Below the pieces are notes generated by a model. The model worked only from the letters and a program-made list of their open reading frames with translations. It did no database searches and was not told the DNA's origin. From positions 1 to 64,000 of the forward strand of contig JAHQWG010000047.1 in assembly GCA_029856045.1 (NCBI GenBank): a stretch of 64,000 nt of DNA, given 5' to 3'. This stretch comes from Promethearchaeia archaeon. GTDB taxonomy: Archaea; Asgardarchaeota; Lokiarchaeia; Sigyniarchaeales; SOKP01. This document shows positions 30,947 through 40,610 of the stretch, one piece after another (positions within the stretch are counted from its first letter, which is position 1; every line of letters begins with the position of its first letter). The position numbers were made by a program, and so were the translations under genes.

Positions 30947-30990
30947 TTCTCTTATTAATTTTTAAATTAAGGGGCGGCAAAACAAAAAAT

Positions 30991-32571
30991 TTGAATAAAA
31001 TAAATCGCGTAATTTTATGCATAATTGATTGTCTTCGAGCAGAACATTTGTTTAAATTTATCAATAGCGGTCTTCTTCCGAATTTTAAAAGGTTAAAGGA
31101 TGAAGGTATTTTTTCTAAAAATTGTATTACTGATTTTCCATCTGTAACGTTGCCTACTCAACCAACGATAATAACGGGCACATATACTGGAGATTATCGG
31201 AAAGAATATTGCCATGGAATCCCTTGTTTTAAATGGATGGATCGCGATTTTTCACCTCCAATCCTTAGAGATTATGGTTCCAAGAGCATACAAATTTTTA
31301 AAATGAATGAGGATTTGGGCAAAAATTGCAAAACTCTTCTTGAAATGGTTGGAGATGGAAATAAAACAAGTATCACTCAGTTTTGTAATCGGGGAACATC
31401 TTATTTCTTCCCCAAATCCAAAATAAGAATAGGATTTTATTATTTATTATTAAAATATTACCCAAATTTGAAAAAAGCAATTGCTAGATTCAATTCAAAA
31501 GTGATACATTTACTGTTAGATAATTTTAAAAACCCAAAAAATTATTTTCGAAACAAAGAACCTCCAATTGGGAGTTTAATCTATTTTTTATCTTCTGATC
31601 TTTTAATGCATGTTTTTGGATACGATAGCCAATTGTATAAGCTAAATTTAATGCATATTGATAAAGTTGTGGGTGTTCTATTAGATGGATTAGAGGAATT
31701 GGGTTATTTAGAAGAAACTGCAATAGCAATTACATCTGATCATGGAAATTATCGAGCGAGTAAAGTTGGAGATTTAAATTCTTTTTATTTAAAAAACGGT
31801 TTGAAGCAATATGAACCACGTGCAAGTTATAAAGGGAATTTTAATTTGGCTGAATTTGGTGGCGTTGGCTTTTTTTATTTCAGAGGACGCAATAATTTAC
31901 TTCAAGAGAATAAATATCAATGGACACTGCCTATTTTGAAGGAACTTGAAAATTTTGGACCAAAACGGGTTAATCTATTAGATAAATTATTTAATATTGA
32001 ACACAGTCAATTGATGTATTATAAAGATGATAACAATACTCATCGTAAAGGGATTGTATATTTAAAACGAAAAGATAAGAAAACTGGAAAGATATACATT
32101 GGTAAAATAGAATATAAAGGGACAAACATAGATTATAAGACTAAATACACTTCTGAAGATGGTGATAATGATATATTTGGTTATTTAAAGGATAAAACTG
32201 CTAGTAAATTACTAGATGGTAAATTTCATTCAAATAGCGAATGGATGGACGGCACATATCATCTTGATTTTCCAATGTATCCTGATTTAATTCCACGTCA
32301 TTTTAAAAACCCTCGAAGTGGTGATATTATCCTAAGCACCGATGGGAGTGTTATTTTTAATATTACCCATGGTAAGCGAAAAAGTGAAAATATTTATTTC
32401 CATGATTTGGGTCTTAGAGACTGTGCAATTGTGCCTTTATTAATTGGAGGTTCTTCAGAAATTTCTCATAAAGAAATTCCTTATTGTGCAACAACAGATA
32501 TTGTTCCAACATTATTACAAATGCTAGGTAGAAAAGCACATCCAAGCATGGTTGGAAGCTCTTTGATTTAA
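30991..32571 (+). CDS. Alkaline-phosphatase-superfamily metalloenzyme (type I phosphodiesterase/nucleotide pyrophosphatase-like)
   Basis: N-terminal VILCIIDCLRAEHL (metal-ligand Asp in a beta-strand) and ITSDHGN (DHG motif). No CxPxR sulfatase motif. Confidence 0.55.
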   Translation: MNKINRVILCIIDCLRAEHLFKFINSGLLPNFKRLKDEGIFSKNCITDFPSVTLPTQPTIITGTYTGDYRKEYCHGIPCFKWMDRDFSPPILRDYGSKSIQIFKMNEDLGKNCKTLLEMVGDGNKTSITQFCNRGTSYFFPKSKIRIGFYYLLLKYYPNLKKAIARFNSKVIHLLLDNFKNPKNYFRNKEPPIGSLIYFLSSDLLMHVFGYDSQLYKLNLMHIDKVVGVLLDGLEELGYLEETAIAITSDHGNYRASKVGDLNSFYLKNGLKQYEPRASYKGNFNLAEFGGVGFFYFRGRNNLLQENKYQWTLPILKELENFGPKRVNLLDKLFNIEHSQLMYYKDDNNTHRKGIVYLKRKDKKTGKIYIGKIEYKGTNIDYKTKYTSEDGDNDIFGYLKDKTASKLLDGKFHSNSEWMDGTYHLDFPMYPDLIPRHFKNPRSGDIILSTDGSVIFNITHGKRKSENIYFHDLGLRDCAIVPLLIGGSSEISHKEIPYCATTDIVPTLLQMLGRKAHPSMVGSSLI

Positions 32572-32592
32572 TTTTTTGGTTGCATTAATATT

Positions 32593-35310
32593 TCATATTT
32601 TAATAATGAAGCTCAATATCTCTTGTGGATTTGATTCATAAGTAAATGAATTGTCATTCTCAATCTTCATCTCCTCAATTGGTAATTCTAATAAATTTAC
32701 TTTTTTAACATTCTTAATTTTTTGATTGAATTTTACTGTACCTTTTGATTTTTTTCCAGATGTTTCTAATAATCTAATTAAGAGTCCATTATTTCCATCT
32801 TCAGGTTTTTTAATTGATGTTACTATAAAATTTTCGGGTTCAATTGAAAAAAGACTAAATTCACTTCCTAATTTGCCCTTATTATGCTTGATCTTCCGAA
32901 CAATCAAGGGTATGTTAAAATTTTGAGCTTCTCTAGCTATTAGGTTATTAGAAAAATCACCATTGTGTAAATATAAAGAGTATTTAAATGTATGATCTCC
33001 AATTGCATAAGCTTTAGGAATCCTATAAAAAGGTCCAGCCATGGCGGGAACAGTTCCATATATTATATTTGTAAGTAATCCAGTACTTCGCATTAGAGTC
33101 AGGAGGCAGGAGTCTTTATTTTTGCCAATTTCATATTCTGGTATTCCATAATTTATAATTGAAACTCCTTTTTTCTCCTTAATATTCGAAAAGTCCATCC
33201 AATTAATAACAGGTTTTATTCTATCATAATGTTCAAAATGTTTATTTATTTCCTTCCATGATTTTCCCACTTTTGGTTCAATATTTCGCTCAATAAATCC
33301 ATATGGAATTTCAGATCTTATAGTAGGGTTTGATATAGGTATTGGAAAACATGCTTGAATACGAATGTTTCTTATGTTATTGTAAAATATAGTAATAAAA
33401 TCAATTCTTACATCACCAAAATTAGGCATTATGATATATTGAGTGATTTCGTTAATTGATTTAAATAAAATCTTACTTTTGCATTTTAATTTCGCATTTA
33501 ATTTAACGACGGTTCTAACTGGTCCTTTTTCGAGAACTTCCAGTTGAAGATCATACATATGATGGATTTTTCCAATTCTTCCAATGTAATAACCATCTCC
33601 TCGATCATTGTGTATTCTTAAACCTCCAATTGAATATTTTCCTTTAGAATTAAGCTCAAATTTATCTTTTTTATTAAAAATACTAATTAATTTTCCATCT
33701 TTAAAACTCAATCTAAGAATATTATTTTCAATAGTTAGGGTGCTGATTTTTTTTTTTTCTAATATAGATTGCCCCTGATTTAAAGATTGGTTTTTCCTAA
33801 TGGAATATGAGGTATAACCGATTGGAGGAATATCTTTAGCCAAGAAAATGTAAGAATTTTCTTTCTCATTGATTTTTTCTTTTTGATAAGGGATTTGTTT
33901 ACCAATTTGATTTAATATACTAAATTCTTTTATTTCATTGGGTATTTTTATCTTTTCAATGCTTGTGCGTTCCCAAGAGAGTGGATTGAAGATTAAAAGG
34001 GGCATATCATTTTTTAAGATATTAGATGTATCTATATTTTTAATGAAATAACTTAATGCACTTTTAAATAGTCTTTTTAATTGTAATTCCGAGAGTTTTA
34101 ATTGCTTCATTATATTATCATATGCTGCATCTATATGAACTCCAGTTATTCCATCATGGAAATCACAACAAAGAATTCGATTAATAGCCTTATTAATTTC
34201 TTCTTTAGGATAAGGAATATTATTTAATAAATTGGATAATGTCGAAGATAATTCTGTTAAGTAAAATTGATTCTCTAAGAAACGTATTTGGTGCTTTAAT
34301 TTAGGTCGATTACCAAACGTTCCTGGGAATAAATCTGGAGGTCCTAAAAATTCATAGTTTTCTACAACACCAAATTTCTTCCTTGATTTTTTTAGAGCAG
34401 AGTGAAATTCTGAAGGAATTGCAATAATTACTTTATTTTTCTTATTTTTTTTGTTATAATAATCAACTGCATCAAGGATATTGGTACTCGGAGGAAGATT
34501 ATCTGTTCCATTTAAAATTAGAATATTATCAGTAGTTGACCTAACAATTCTATTTTTAATTGAAAACTTTAAGCCCCCCATATCCAATCCGAATACTGAA
34601 ATTCCTAACCCGGTGTTTGATAATCTACGAAAAATGTATTTAAATGGAGGAAAAATTTTTATTAAAAATTCATACACTCTGAAATTTTGTGGGATTACTT
34701 GGAGAGTTCCGGGAATTGGAACGAATGGAAAAATAGGAGGTAAAATCGTCATTGCAAAAGGAGGAGGTATATATGTATAAGTTGAATACATCCAATGAGT
34801 AAGAATTTTGGAACCATCGAAACTTTTCCACCAAAATTCTTGTGGGAGGCTTCTATTTCTTGCTCCTCTAACAAAAATAAAAAATTCAAAACCAGCTTTT
34901 TTTAATATCTGTGGAAGTTGGGGTGTTTGACCAAATGAATCAATAAGATATGCAATCTTTGAATCGATTCCAAAATGTTTTTTAAAATACCTACAACCAT
35001 ATAAAAATTGCCTTACAAGGCTTTCCCCGTTGGGTAAGAGAGTATCCGGAGCTACAATATCTCCTCCAATTAACTCAATTTTCCTTTCTTTCACCCGCTG
35101 TTGGAGTTCTTCCCACATATCAGGATGATTTATGCGAAAATATTCACAAGCCATCACTGAATCAATAATATAACGATATTTTTCATGTTTTCTCATAATC
35201 AGTAAGGCTTCTTTTATCAACTTAGCATTTTTGCTGCCCATTCCATCAGGTGTATCACACCATAAATAATCATAGTGAGAATGTGGAGATAAAAATATTT
35301 TTTTTCCCAT
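32593..35310 (-). CDS. Glycoside hydrolase family 38 alpha-mannosidase-like
   Basis: N-terminal LSPHSHYDYLW (GH38 HxHxDxxW metal-binding motif), 905 aa multi-domain. Confidence 0.7.
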   Translation of the reverse strand: MGKKIFLSPHSHYDYLWCDTPDGMGSKNAKLIKEALLIMRKHEKYRYIIDSVMACEYFRINHPDMWEELQQRVKERKIELIGGDIVAPDTLLPNGESLVRQFLYGCRYFKKHFGIDSKIAYLIDSFGQTPQLPQILKKAGFEFFIFVRGARNRSLPQEFWWKSFDGSKILTHWMYSTYTYIPPPFAMTILPPIFPFVPIPGTLQVIPQNFRVYEFLIKIFPPFKYIFRRLSNTGLGISVFGLDMGGLKFSIKNRIVRSTTDNILILNGTDNLPPSTNILDAVDYYNKKNKKNKVIIAIPSEFHSALKKSRKKFGVVENYEFLGPPDLFPGTFGNRPKLKHQIRFLENQFYLTELSSTLSNLLNNIPYPKEEINKAINRILCCDFHDGITGVHIDAAYDNIMKQLKLSELQLKRLFKSALSYFIKNIDTSNILKNDMPLLIFNPLSWERTSIEKIKIPNEIKEFSILNQIGKQIPYQKEKINEKENSYIFLAKDIPPIGYTSYSIRKNQSLNQGQSILEKKKISTLTIENNILRLSFKDGKLISIFNKKDKFELNSKGKYSIGGLRIHNDRGDGYYIGRIGKIHHMYDLQLEVLEKGPVRTVVKLNAKLKCKSKILFKSINEITQYIIMPNFGDVRIDFITIFYNNIRNIRIQACFPIPISNPTIRSEIPYGFIERNIEPKVGKSWKEINKHFEHYDRIKPVINWMDFSNIKEKKGVSIINYGIPEYEIGKNKDSCLLTLMRSTGLLTNIIYGTVPAMAGPFYRIPKAYAIGDHTFKYSLYLHNGDFSNNLIAREAQNFNIPLIVRKIKHNKGKLGSEFSLFSIEPENFIVTSIKKPEDGNNGLLIRLLETSGKKSKGTVKFNQKIKNVKKVNLLELPIEEMKIENDNSFTYESNPQEILSFIIKI

Positions 35311-35339
35311 TTTTAAAAACCTTACTTCATTACATTCTT

Positions 35340-35720
35340 TTAATCATAGTATACAATCATTTGAATTACACCTAAAATAGCAAGGCTCAAATCTATAAAA
35401 AAGTCTGCTGTAAAAGATAAAGTAAACAAATTAATGATTACAATTATTGGAAAATAAATTGCACAATAAAATAAAAATGGTTGGGAAATTATTCCACCCC
35501 AACCCCAGCGATCCTTCCTTAAAAACTCACAAATTGCCCAGAACCCCAAGATTGGCCAAAATAGACCTATAATATCTATAAATTCGGAATAGGGAAAAAA
35601 TTTAAATAATAATAATATACAATTAGCAAAATAAATCCCGCTTAAAGTAAAGGTATATTTCTTGGATTCACTCATAGTTAAAGATAAGTTTGAGAATATA
35701 TTAATTTGTTTAAGTTTCAT
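35340..35720 (-). CDS. Small membrane protein
   Basis: 126 aa, 3-4 hydrophobic helices. Confidence 0.3.
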   Translation of the reverse strand: MKLKQINIFSNLSLTMSESKKYTFTLSGIYFANCILLLFKFFPYSEFIDIIGLFWPILGFWAICEFLRKDRWGWGGIISQPFLFYCAIYFPIIVIINLFTLSFTADFFIDLSLAILGVIQMIVYYD

Positions 35721-35784
35721 TCAATAAAATTAAAATAAATGTGAAATTAAAAAAAACAATTAGAAATAGAAATTATTGGTTTAA

Positions 35785-36228
35785 ATGTCTGTCAATGAAG
35801 AAAGAGATAAACAAATCAAGGAAAAACTTCGGGGAATAGAAGATTATATTGAAGTTGCTGTGAGAGCTGAAGATGTAGATTTTATGTCCATCGTGCATTT
35901 TAATGAATATCTAAATTATTTTGATTTTGGATTTGTGAGTATTACCTCTAAATTAAATTTTAATGTATTCGAATCTGTTAAAAGTGGCATCGTATTTCCT
36001 GTGAAAAAAGTTGAAATTGAATATGTAAATTCTGCCATTTTTGGGGATATTATAAAAGTTCATAGTCGTCTTTTAAAAATTGGTAATAATTCTATGACAT
36101 TTAATCATGAATGTTATAGGAAATCAGATAATGTATTATTAACAAAAGGTGTAATGGTAAGATTAATTATGGATATGAATACTAATAAATTGATTAAAAT
36201 TTCCGATTTTTTTAACGACATCATATGA
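35785..36228 (+). CDS. Hotdog-fold thioesterase-like protein
   Basis: 147 aa. The pattern around VHFNEYLNYFD and size are consistent with the 4HBT/acyl-CoA thioesterase fold. Weak. Confidence 0.4.
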   Translation: MSVNEERDKQIKEKLRGIEDYIEVAVRAEDVDFMSIVHFNEYLNYFDFGFVSITSKLNFNVFESVKSGIVFPVKKVEIEYVNSAIFGDIIKVHSRLLKIGNNSMTFNHECYRKSDNVLLTKGVMVRLIMDMNTNKLIKISDFFNDII

Positions 36229-36386
36229 ATTTTAAAATTAAATTCAAATATTGAACAATTTTTGTTTTTAAAACTAATTTAAAATAAATTTAATTGAAAA
36301 AATTATATCAATTTTAGGGTAAAATTTTAGTTTTATTTAAAAACATAGATATTGATGAAACAAAAAAGAACTATGATTTGATTTAA

Positions 36387-36632
36387 TTGTCAGAAAATAA
36401 GAAAATGAATTTTAACAGCGAAAACTCTAAAAAAAAAAGCGCCATAATTGCCAACCGAATGGAAGAGCATTGGTCGGGTAATGGTGGAAGTGCTTCAGAG
36501 ATGCATATGATTAATATCCAGTTAAAGTCTAAAGGAAATGAAAATAAAAGCCTAATAATAAAATTGAAAGCAAACAAGATTTCTGATGAAATTTTAAATG
36601 ATCTTCCAGCTTTAGTTAGGAAATTTTTCTAA
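36387..36632 (+). CDS. Hypothetical small hydrophilic protein
   Basis: 81 aa. Preferred over the overlapping antisense ORF because it shares strand with the downstream cluster. Confidence 0.25.
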   Translation: MSENKKMNFNSENSKKKSAIIANRMEEHWSGNGGSASEMHMINIQLKSKGNENKSLIIKLKANKISDEILNDLPALVRKFF

Positions 36633-36767
36633 TATTAGATATAATTAATTTTACTTGGGATTATTTTTTAAAAAAGTTAAATTTAAATATTAATTTATAT
36701 TTTTTTATTATGAATAATTATTCAGAATTAAAATAAAAAAATTAAAAAAAGGAAGTGTATGTAAAAA

Positions 36768-37184
36768 ATGCCAGGTGGAGATAGAACTGGTCCTGGTGGT
36801 TTGGGACCAATGACAGGAAGGGCTTTAGGGTATTGTGCAGGTTATTCTACTCCAGGATATACAAAAGGCGGCGGTTTGGGTCTTGGCTGGGGTAGAGGTT
36901 GGGGAAGAGGTAGAGGTTATGGAAGAGGCATGGGATGGGGTAGAGGTTATGGAAGAGGTCTTGGGATTTATCCAGGATATCCGATAACAGCTCCGGTATA
37001 TTCACCTATCACAGCAGGTTATCCTGTGGCTCCAGGAGTATCGCCTCAATCAGAATCTGCCATGCTAGAACAAGAAAGAAAATTTCTTGAGGCAGAATTA
37101 AATTCAATGAAAGGTGCGCTAGGAGATATTGATAAAAGGCTTTCAGAATTACAGAAAAACCAAACATCAGAAAAATCAGAATAA
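36768..37184 (+). CDS. DUF5320-like small protein with Gly/Arg/Tyr-rich repeats (GRGYGRGMGWGRGYGRG) and a C-terminal coiled coil
   Basis: N-terminus MPGGDRTGPGGLGPMTGRALGYCAG, then RGG/YGRG repeats, then a coiled-coil segment. From memory, this N-terminal pattern fits a family seen next to NifX-like genes. Confidence 0.5.
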   Translation: MPGGDRTGPGGLGPMTGRALGYCAGYSTPGYTKGGGLGLGWGRGWGRGRGYGRGMGWGRGYGRGLGIYPGYPITAPVYSPITAGYPVAPGVSPQSESAMLEQERKFLEAELNSMKGALGDIDKRLSELQKNQTSEKSE

Positions 37185-37186
37185 AT

Positions 37187-37198
37187 TTTTTTTTTTTT
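37187..37198 (+). terminator. Oligo-T tract after the Gly-rich gene
   Basis: About 12 consecutive T immediately after the stop at 37184. Confidence 0.3.
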
Positions 37199-37255
37199 AT
37201 AATTTTTTATAAGAAAATTTTTAAATCATATTCAAATACAAATATTAAAAATAAA

Positions 37256-37759
37256 GTGGAATTATTAATTATGGTAGATAGAATTATTGCAGTGCCTACT
37301 TTTGGAGAAGGAGGTCTTCAGTCCTTTATTAATCCACGATTTGGTAGGTGTGAATCATTTACATTTGTTAAGCTCCTCAATAATGAAATTGCATCCGTGA
37401 ATGTTGTTAGTAATGCAGCTGCAGGAGCAATGGGTGGTGCTGGAATTCAATCAGCACAGATATTAGGAAATAATGGTGCAACAGAAGTTATTGTTGGACA
37501 GTTAGGTCCAAATGCATTTTATGGACTTAATTCATTAAATTTAACAATATACCAAATAGGGCAACAAAATATAACGGTTAATGAAGCAATTAAATTACTT
37601 ATTGAAGGAAAACTTACTCCTTTAAGTAATGCAAATGTTGGAGCACATTATGGAGTTGGTGGAGGCATGGGCGGTGGTGGAGGCATGGGCGGTGGTCGAG
37701 GCATGGGCGGTGGTCGAGGCATGGGTGGCGGGGGCGGTATGGGACGACGCCAATCTTAA
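37256..37759 (+). CDS. Dinitrogenase FeMo-cofactor-binding (NifX/NifB-C-terminal-like) domain protein with a Gly-rich C-terminal repeat tail
   Basis: IAVPTFGEGGLQSFINPRFGRCESFTFVKL is the classic Nitro_FeMo-Co fold start. C-terminal GGGMGGGGGMGGGRGMGGGRGMGGGGGMG is encoded by an 18-bp tandem repeat. Confidence 0.75.
   Translation: MELLIMVDRIIAVPTFGEGGLQSFINPRFGRCESFTFVKLLNNEIASVNVVSNAAAGAMGGAGIQSAQILGNNGATEVIVGQLGPNAFYGLNSLNLTIYQIGQQNITVNEAIKLLIEGKLTPLSNANVGAHYGVGGGMGGGGGMGGGRGMGGGRGMGGGGGMGRRQS
37669..37745 (+). repeat. Tandem 18-bp coding repeat (ggcatgggcggtggtcga, about 4 copies) encoding (GMGGGR)n
   Basis: Direct inspection of 37669-37745. Confidence 0.7.
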
Positions 37760-37797
37760 CTATTTTTTCATATTAGATACAAAAAAGAATAAACGTT

Positions 37798-38718
37798 ATG
37801 AAACCAAAAATAATTGCTGTAACCGGTGGGAAAGGAGGAACCGGAAAGACTTTAATTGCCGTTAATTTTGCTATAATGTTTAAAAATCTTGGTAAGAAGG
37901 TATTATTAATCGATTGTGATGTTGATAATCCCAATACTTATTTGTTATTAAGTGGAAAATTAGAAAATCAAAAAGAAGTGCCTTTTTTTCTTCCTGAATT
38001 TAATAACGATATATGCACGAAATGTGGATTATGTTCAGAAAATTGCATGGCTCATGCAATACTTCAGGTAAAAGATCAATATCCTATTCCAATGTTAACA
38101 TTATGTTCAGGATGCAAATTGTGTTATAAATTATGTCCAGTCAAGGCGATTATATCTAGTTCAAAAATAATCGGATGGACATATGAAACAAAAATTAGAG
38201 ATATAGATTTATGGGTTGGGGAATTAAAAGTTGGAGAAGCACGTTCAGCTGCAATTATAGAAAAATTAATTGACAACATGGAAAAGGAAATAGAAACAAA
38301 TCCTGACAAATATGATATTGTTATTTTAGATACAGCGCCAGGAGCCCATTGTGATGTTGAGAAAGGAATCTCAACCGCAGATTATGTAATCAGTGTAACG
38401 GAACCAACTCCTTTTGGTGCTCTTGACTTAAGAAGAATAATAAAACTCATAAAATTATTAGGTAAATCGACTAAAGTTATACTAAATCGTTCATCATTAC
38501 TTGGAAATAAAGAAATTTTTTTAAGAGAATTAAGTAGTGATGGAATAAACGCATTAGGAGATATTCCATTAGATAAGGAAATTGTCAATTCCTATGCAAT
38601 TGGCGTGCCAATAATGGATGAAAATACTAAATTTGATACTAATGGAAAAGGATATATAGGTTTCGAAAGGGTTTTTAATAATTTACTTGAATGGACAAAT
38701 ATCAAAGGAGAGGCGTAA
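37798..38718 (+). CDS. MinD/ParA-superfamily P-loop ATPase with an inserted 4Fe-4S ferredoxin domain (COG1149-like)
   Basis: Deviant Walker A AVTGGKGGTGKT, then CTKCGLCSENC and CSGCKLCYKLCP ferredoxin motifs. Confidence 0.75.
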   Translation: MKPKIIAVTGGKGGTGKTLIAVNFAIMFKNLGKKVLLIDCDVDNPNTYLLLSGKLENQKEVPFFLPEFNNDICTKCGLCSENCMAHAILQVKDQYPIPMLTLCSGCKLCYKLCPVKAIISSSKIIGWTYETKIRDIDLWVGELKVGEARSAAIIEKLIDNMEKEIETNPDKYDIVILDTAPGAHCDVEKGISTADYVISVTEPTPFGALDLRRIIKLIKLLGKSTKVILNRSSLLGNKEIFLRELSSDGINALGDIPLDKEIVNSYAIGVPIMDENTKFDTNGKGYIGFERVFNNLLEWTNIKGEA

Positions 38719-39653
38719 TAAAGCTGAGTCAGAGTGAACCATTTAAAATAGGTATCTTAAGCGGAAAGGGAGGAGTCGGAAAAACTTCTATTGCTGCATC
38801 TTTGGGATATCTGGCAAGGAAAGATCCAGAGATTAAAGGTGTAATTTTATTAGATTGTGATGTAGATGCACCAAATTTAGCTTTACTATTCAAATCGAAG
38901 AGTGATATTGTGAACAAAGACTTATATACTACATTAAAAGCTAATTTTCTGGAAGAGAAATGTGTGCATTGTAAAAAATGTATTGACGAACATTATTGTG
39001 AATTTAATGCACTAAATTGGAATGATGAACAACAAATTCCAATTATAGATTATCTTTCATGTGAAGGCTGTGGAGCGTGCGCATATTTATGTCCTGAAAA
39101 AGCATTTTTAATTGAAGCAGTAAAGAGTGGAGCAATTAAATCTTATACAACAATAAATGATATACCTTTAATATACGGCGAAACTATATTAGGCTCTACA
39201 ACTTCAGGTAAGACGGTTACTGAATGTAAGAATTTTGCTGAAGAAGTAAATAAATCAATTTCTGCACAGTTAGAAGTAATAGACGGACCACCTGGAATTG
39301 GATGCCCGGTAATTGCAACAATTTCCGGACTTAACTATGTTATTGCTATTGTAGAACCTACACCCTCTGCTTTACACGATGTGATACGAGTGATTGAAGT
39401 AGCTAATCAATTTAAAATTCCATTTAGTATTATTGTAAATAAAGCAGATTTAGAAAGTGAATTTCAAGAAAAATTTAAGCAATATATAAGAGAAAATAAC
39501 TATAATGTTATTGGGAGAATTCCTTTTGATTTTTCCGTGGCACGGGCCATTTCAAATGCACAACCAGTTGTTGAATATGCCCCAAACTCAAGCGCAAGTA
39601 TTGCTATAAAAGGGATATATAAAAATATTAAAAATATAATACAAAAAGCATAA
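38691..39653 (+). CDS. Second MinD/ParA-type P-loop ATPase with ferredoxin insert (paralog of the preceding gene)
   Basis: Walker A ILSGKGGVGKTS, then CVHCKKCIDEHYC and CEGCGACAYLCP. The true start may be a little downstream of 38691. Confidence 0.7.
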   Translation: MDKYQRRGVIKLSQSEPFKIGILSGKGGVGKTSIAASLGYLARKDPEIKGVILLDCDVDAPNLALLFKSKSDIVNKDLYTTLKANFLEEKCVHCKKCIDEHYCEFNALNWNDEQQIPIIDYLSCEGCGACAYLCPEKAFLIEAVKSGAIKSYTTINDIPLIYGETILGSTTSGKTVTECKNFAEEVNKSISAQLEVIDGPPGIGCPVIATISGLNYVIAIVEPTPSALHDVIRVIEVANQFKIPFSIIVNKADLESEFQEKFKQYIRENNYNVIGRIPFDFSVARAISNAQPVVEYAPNSSASIAIKGIYKNIKNIIQKA

Positions 39654-39724
39654 TTATTTTTTATAAAAATTGAATATAAATAAAATTGTAAATTTATAAA
39701 TTTAAAATATAAGGTGTAAATAAT

Positions 39725-40105
39725 ATGAGAGTTGCAATTAGTACAGATTCTGGAACAGTTTCTGCACATTTTGGAAGATGCCCTTCCTATACTTTATTAG
39801 ATATCGAAAATGGAGAAATAATTAATCGAACTGAGATTGGTAATCCAGGTCACGCTACTGGAGCTATTCCTCAATTTTTGAGCCAAAATGGAGTAAATGT
39901 TATGATCGCGGGTGGGATGGGATGGCGTGCTCAAGATTTTTTCAAACAATATGGAATAGATGTAATTCTTGGAATTACTGGAAGAATCGATAATGTCATC
40001 CAAAAAATAAAAGATGGAACATTAGAAGGAGGAGAAAGTTTGTGTTCTCCAGGTGGTGGAAAGGGTTACGGAATTGCAAAAGAAGATGGACATTCTCATG
40101 AGTAA
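39725..40105 (+). CDS. Dinitrogenase FeMo-cofactor-binding (NifX-like) domain protein
   Basis: MRVAISTDSGTVSAHFGRCPSYTLLDIENGEI. Confidence 0.7.
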   Translation: MRVAISTDSGTVSAHFGRCPSYTLLDIENGEIINRTEIGNPGHATGAIPQFLSQNGVNVMIAGGMGWRAQDFFKQYGIDVILGITGRIDNVIQKIKDGTLEGGESLCSPGGGKGYGIAKEDGHSHE

Positions 40106-40162
40106 AATATAAAGGAAATATTTAAAGACAAAATTTTTATTTTTCTTTAATTTCTTTTTACT

Positions 40163-40609
40163 ATGAATAATCTGAATGATCAATTCGAAGAATTCATCAA
40201 AAACCTCCAAAAGGAGATTGACGAAGAAGAGTCCAAGATATTTTCTAGACGAGTGATTGAGTTATCTCATAATCCTAAAAATTGGGGAAAAATGGAAAAT
40301 CCAACAGTCGAAGATAAATTCTTAGGACCTTGCGGAGATACAATGCAATTTTTTTTAAAAATCAACAAAAAAGAGAATATTATAGAGAAAATAACTTTTG
40401 TAACTGATGGTTGTGGGCCCTCAGTTGCTTCGGGAAGCCAACTCACGATTATGGCAGAAAATAAAAGTATTGAAGAGACCTTAAAAATTACACCTGATGA
40501 TATTTTAAAAGTACTAGAAGGATTACCTTCAAGTCATACTCATTGTCCTGTTCTCGCTATAAATACATTACAGAAAGTATTAAAAAAATATCTTGAAAGT
40601 AAAAAATAG
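40163..40609 (+). CDS. IscU/NifU N-terminal-like Fe-S scaffold domain protein
   Basis: Conserved Cys pattern GPCGDTM...GCGPSVASG...HCPVL (three scaffold Cys). Confidence 0.65.
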   Translation: MNNLNDQFEEFIKNLQKEIDEEESKIFSRRVIELSHNPKNWGKMENPTVEDKFLGPCGDTMQFFLKINKKENIIEKITFVTDGCGPSVASGSQLTIMAENKSIEETLKITPDDILKVLEGLPSSHTHCPVLAINTLQKVLKKYLESKK

Positions 40610-40610
40610 C

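Noticed and set aside
30875-30990. tRNA-Thr as an integration target (att site)
   Set aside because: No duplicated tRNA 3' end, integrase or foreign-looking gene block follows it. The AP-superfamily gene starts 45 bp downstream.
36383-36577. 64-aa minus-strand ORF overlapping the 81-aa plus-strand ORF
   Set aside because: The two are mutually exclusive. The minus-strand one is hydrophobic and low-complexity, and the plus-strand one matches the orientation of the downstream cluster. Neither is well supported.
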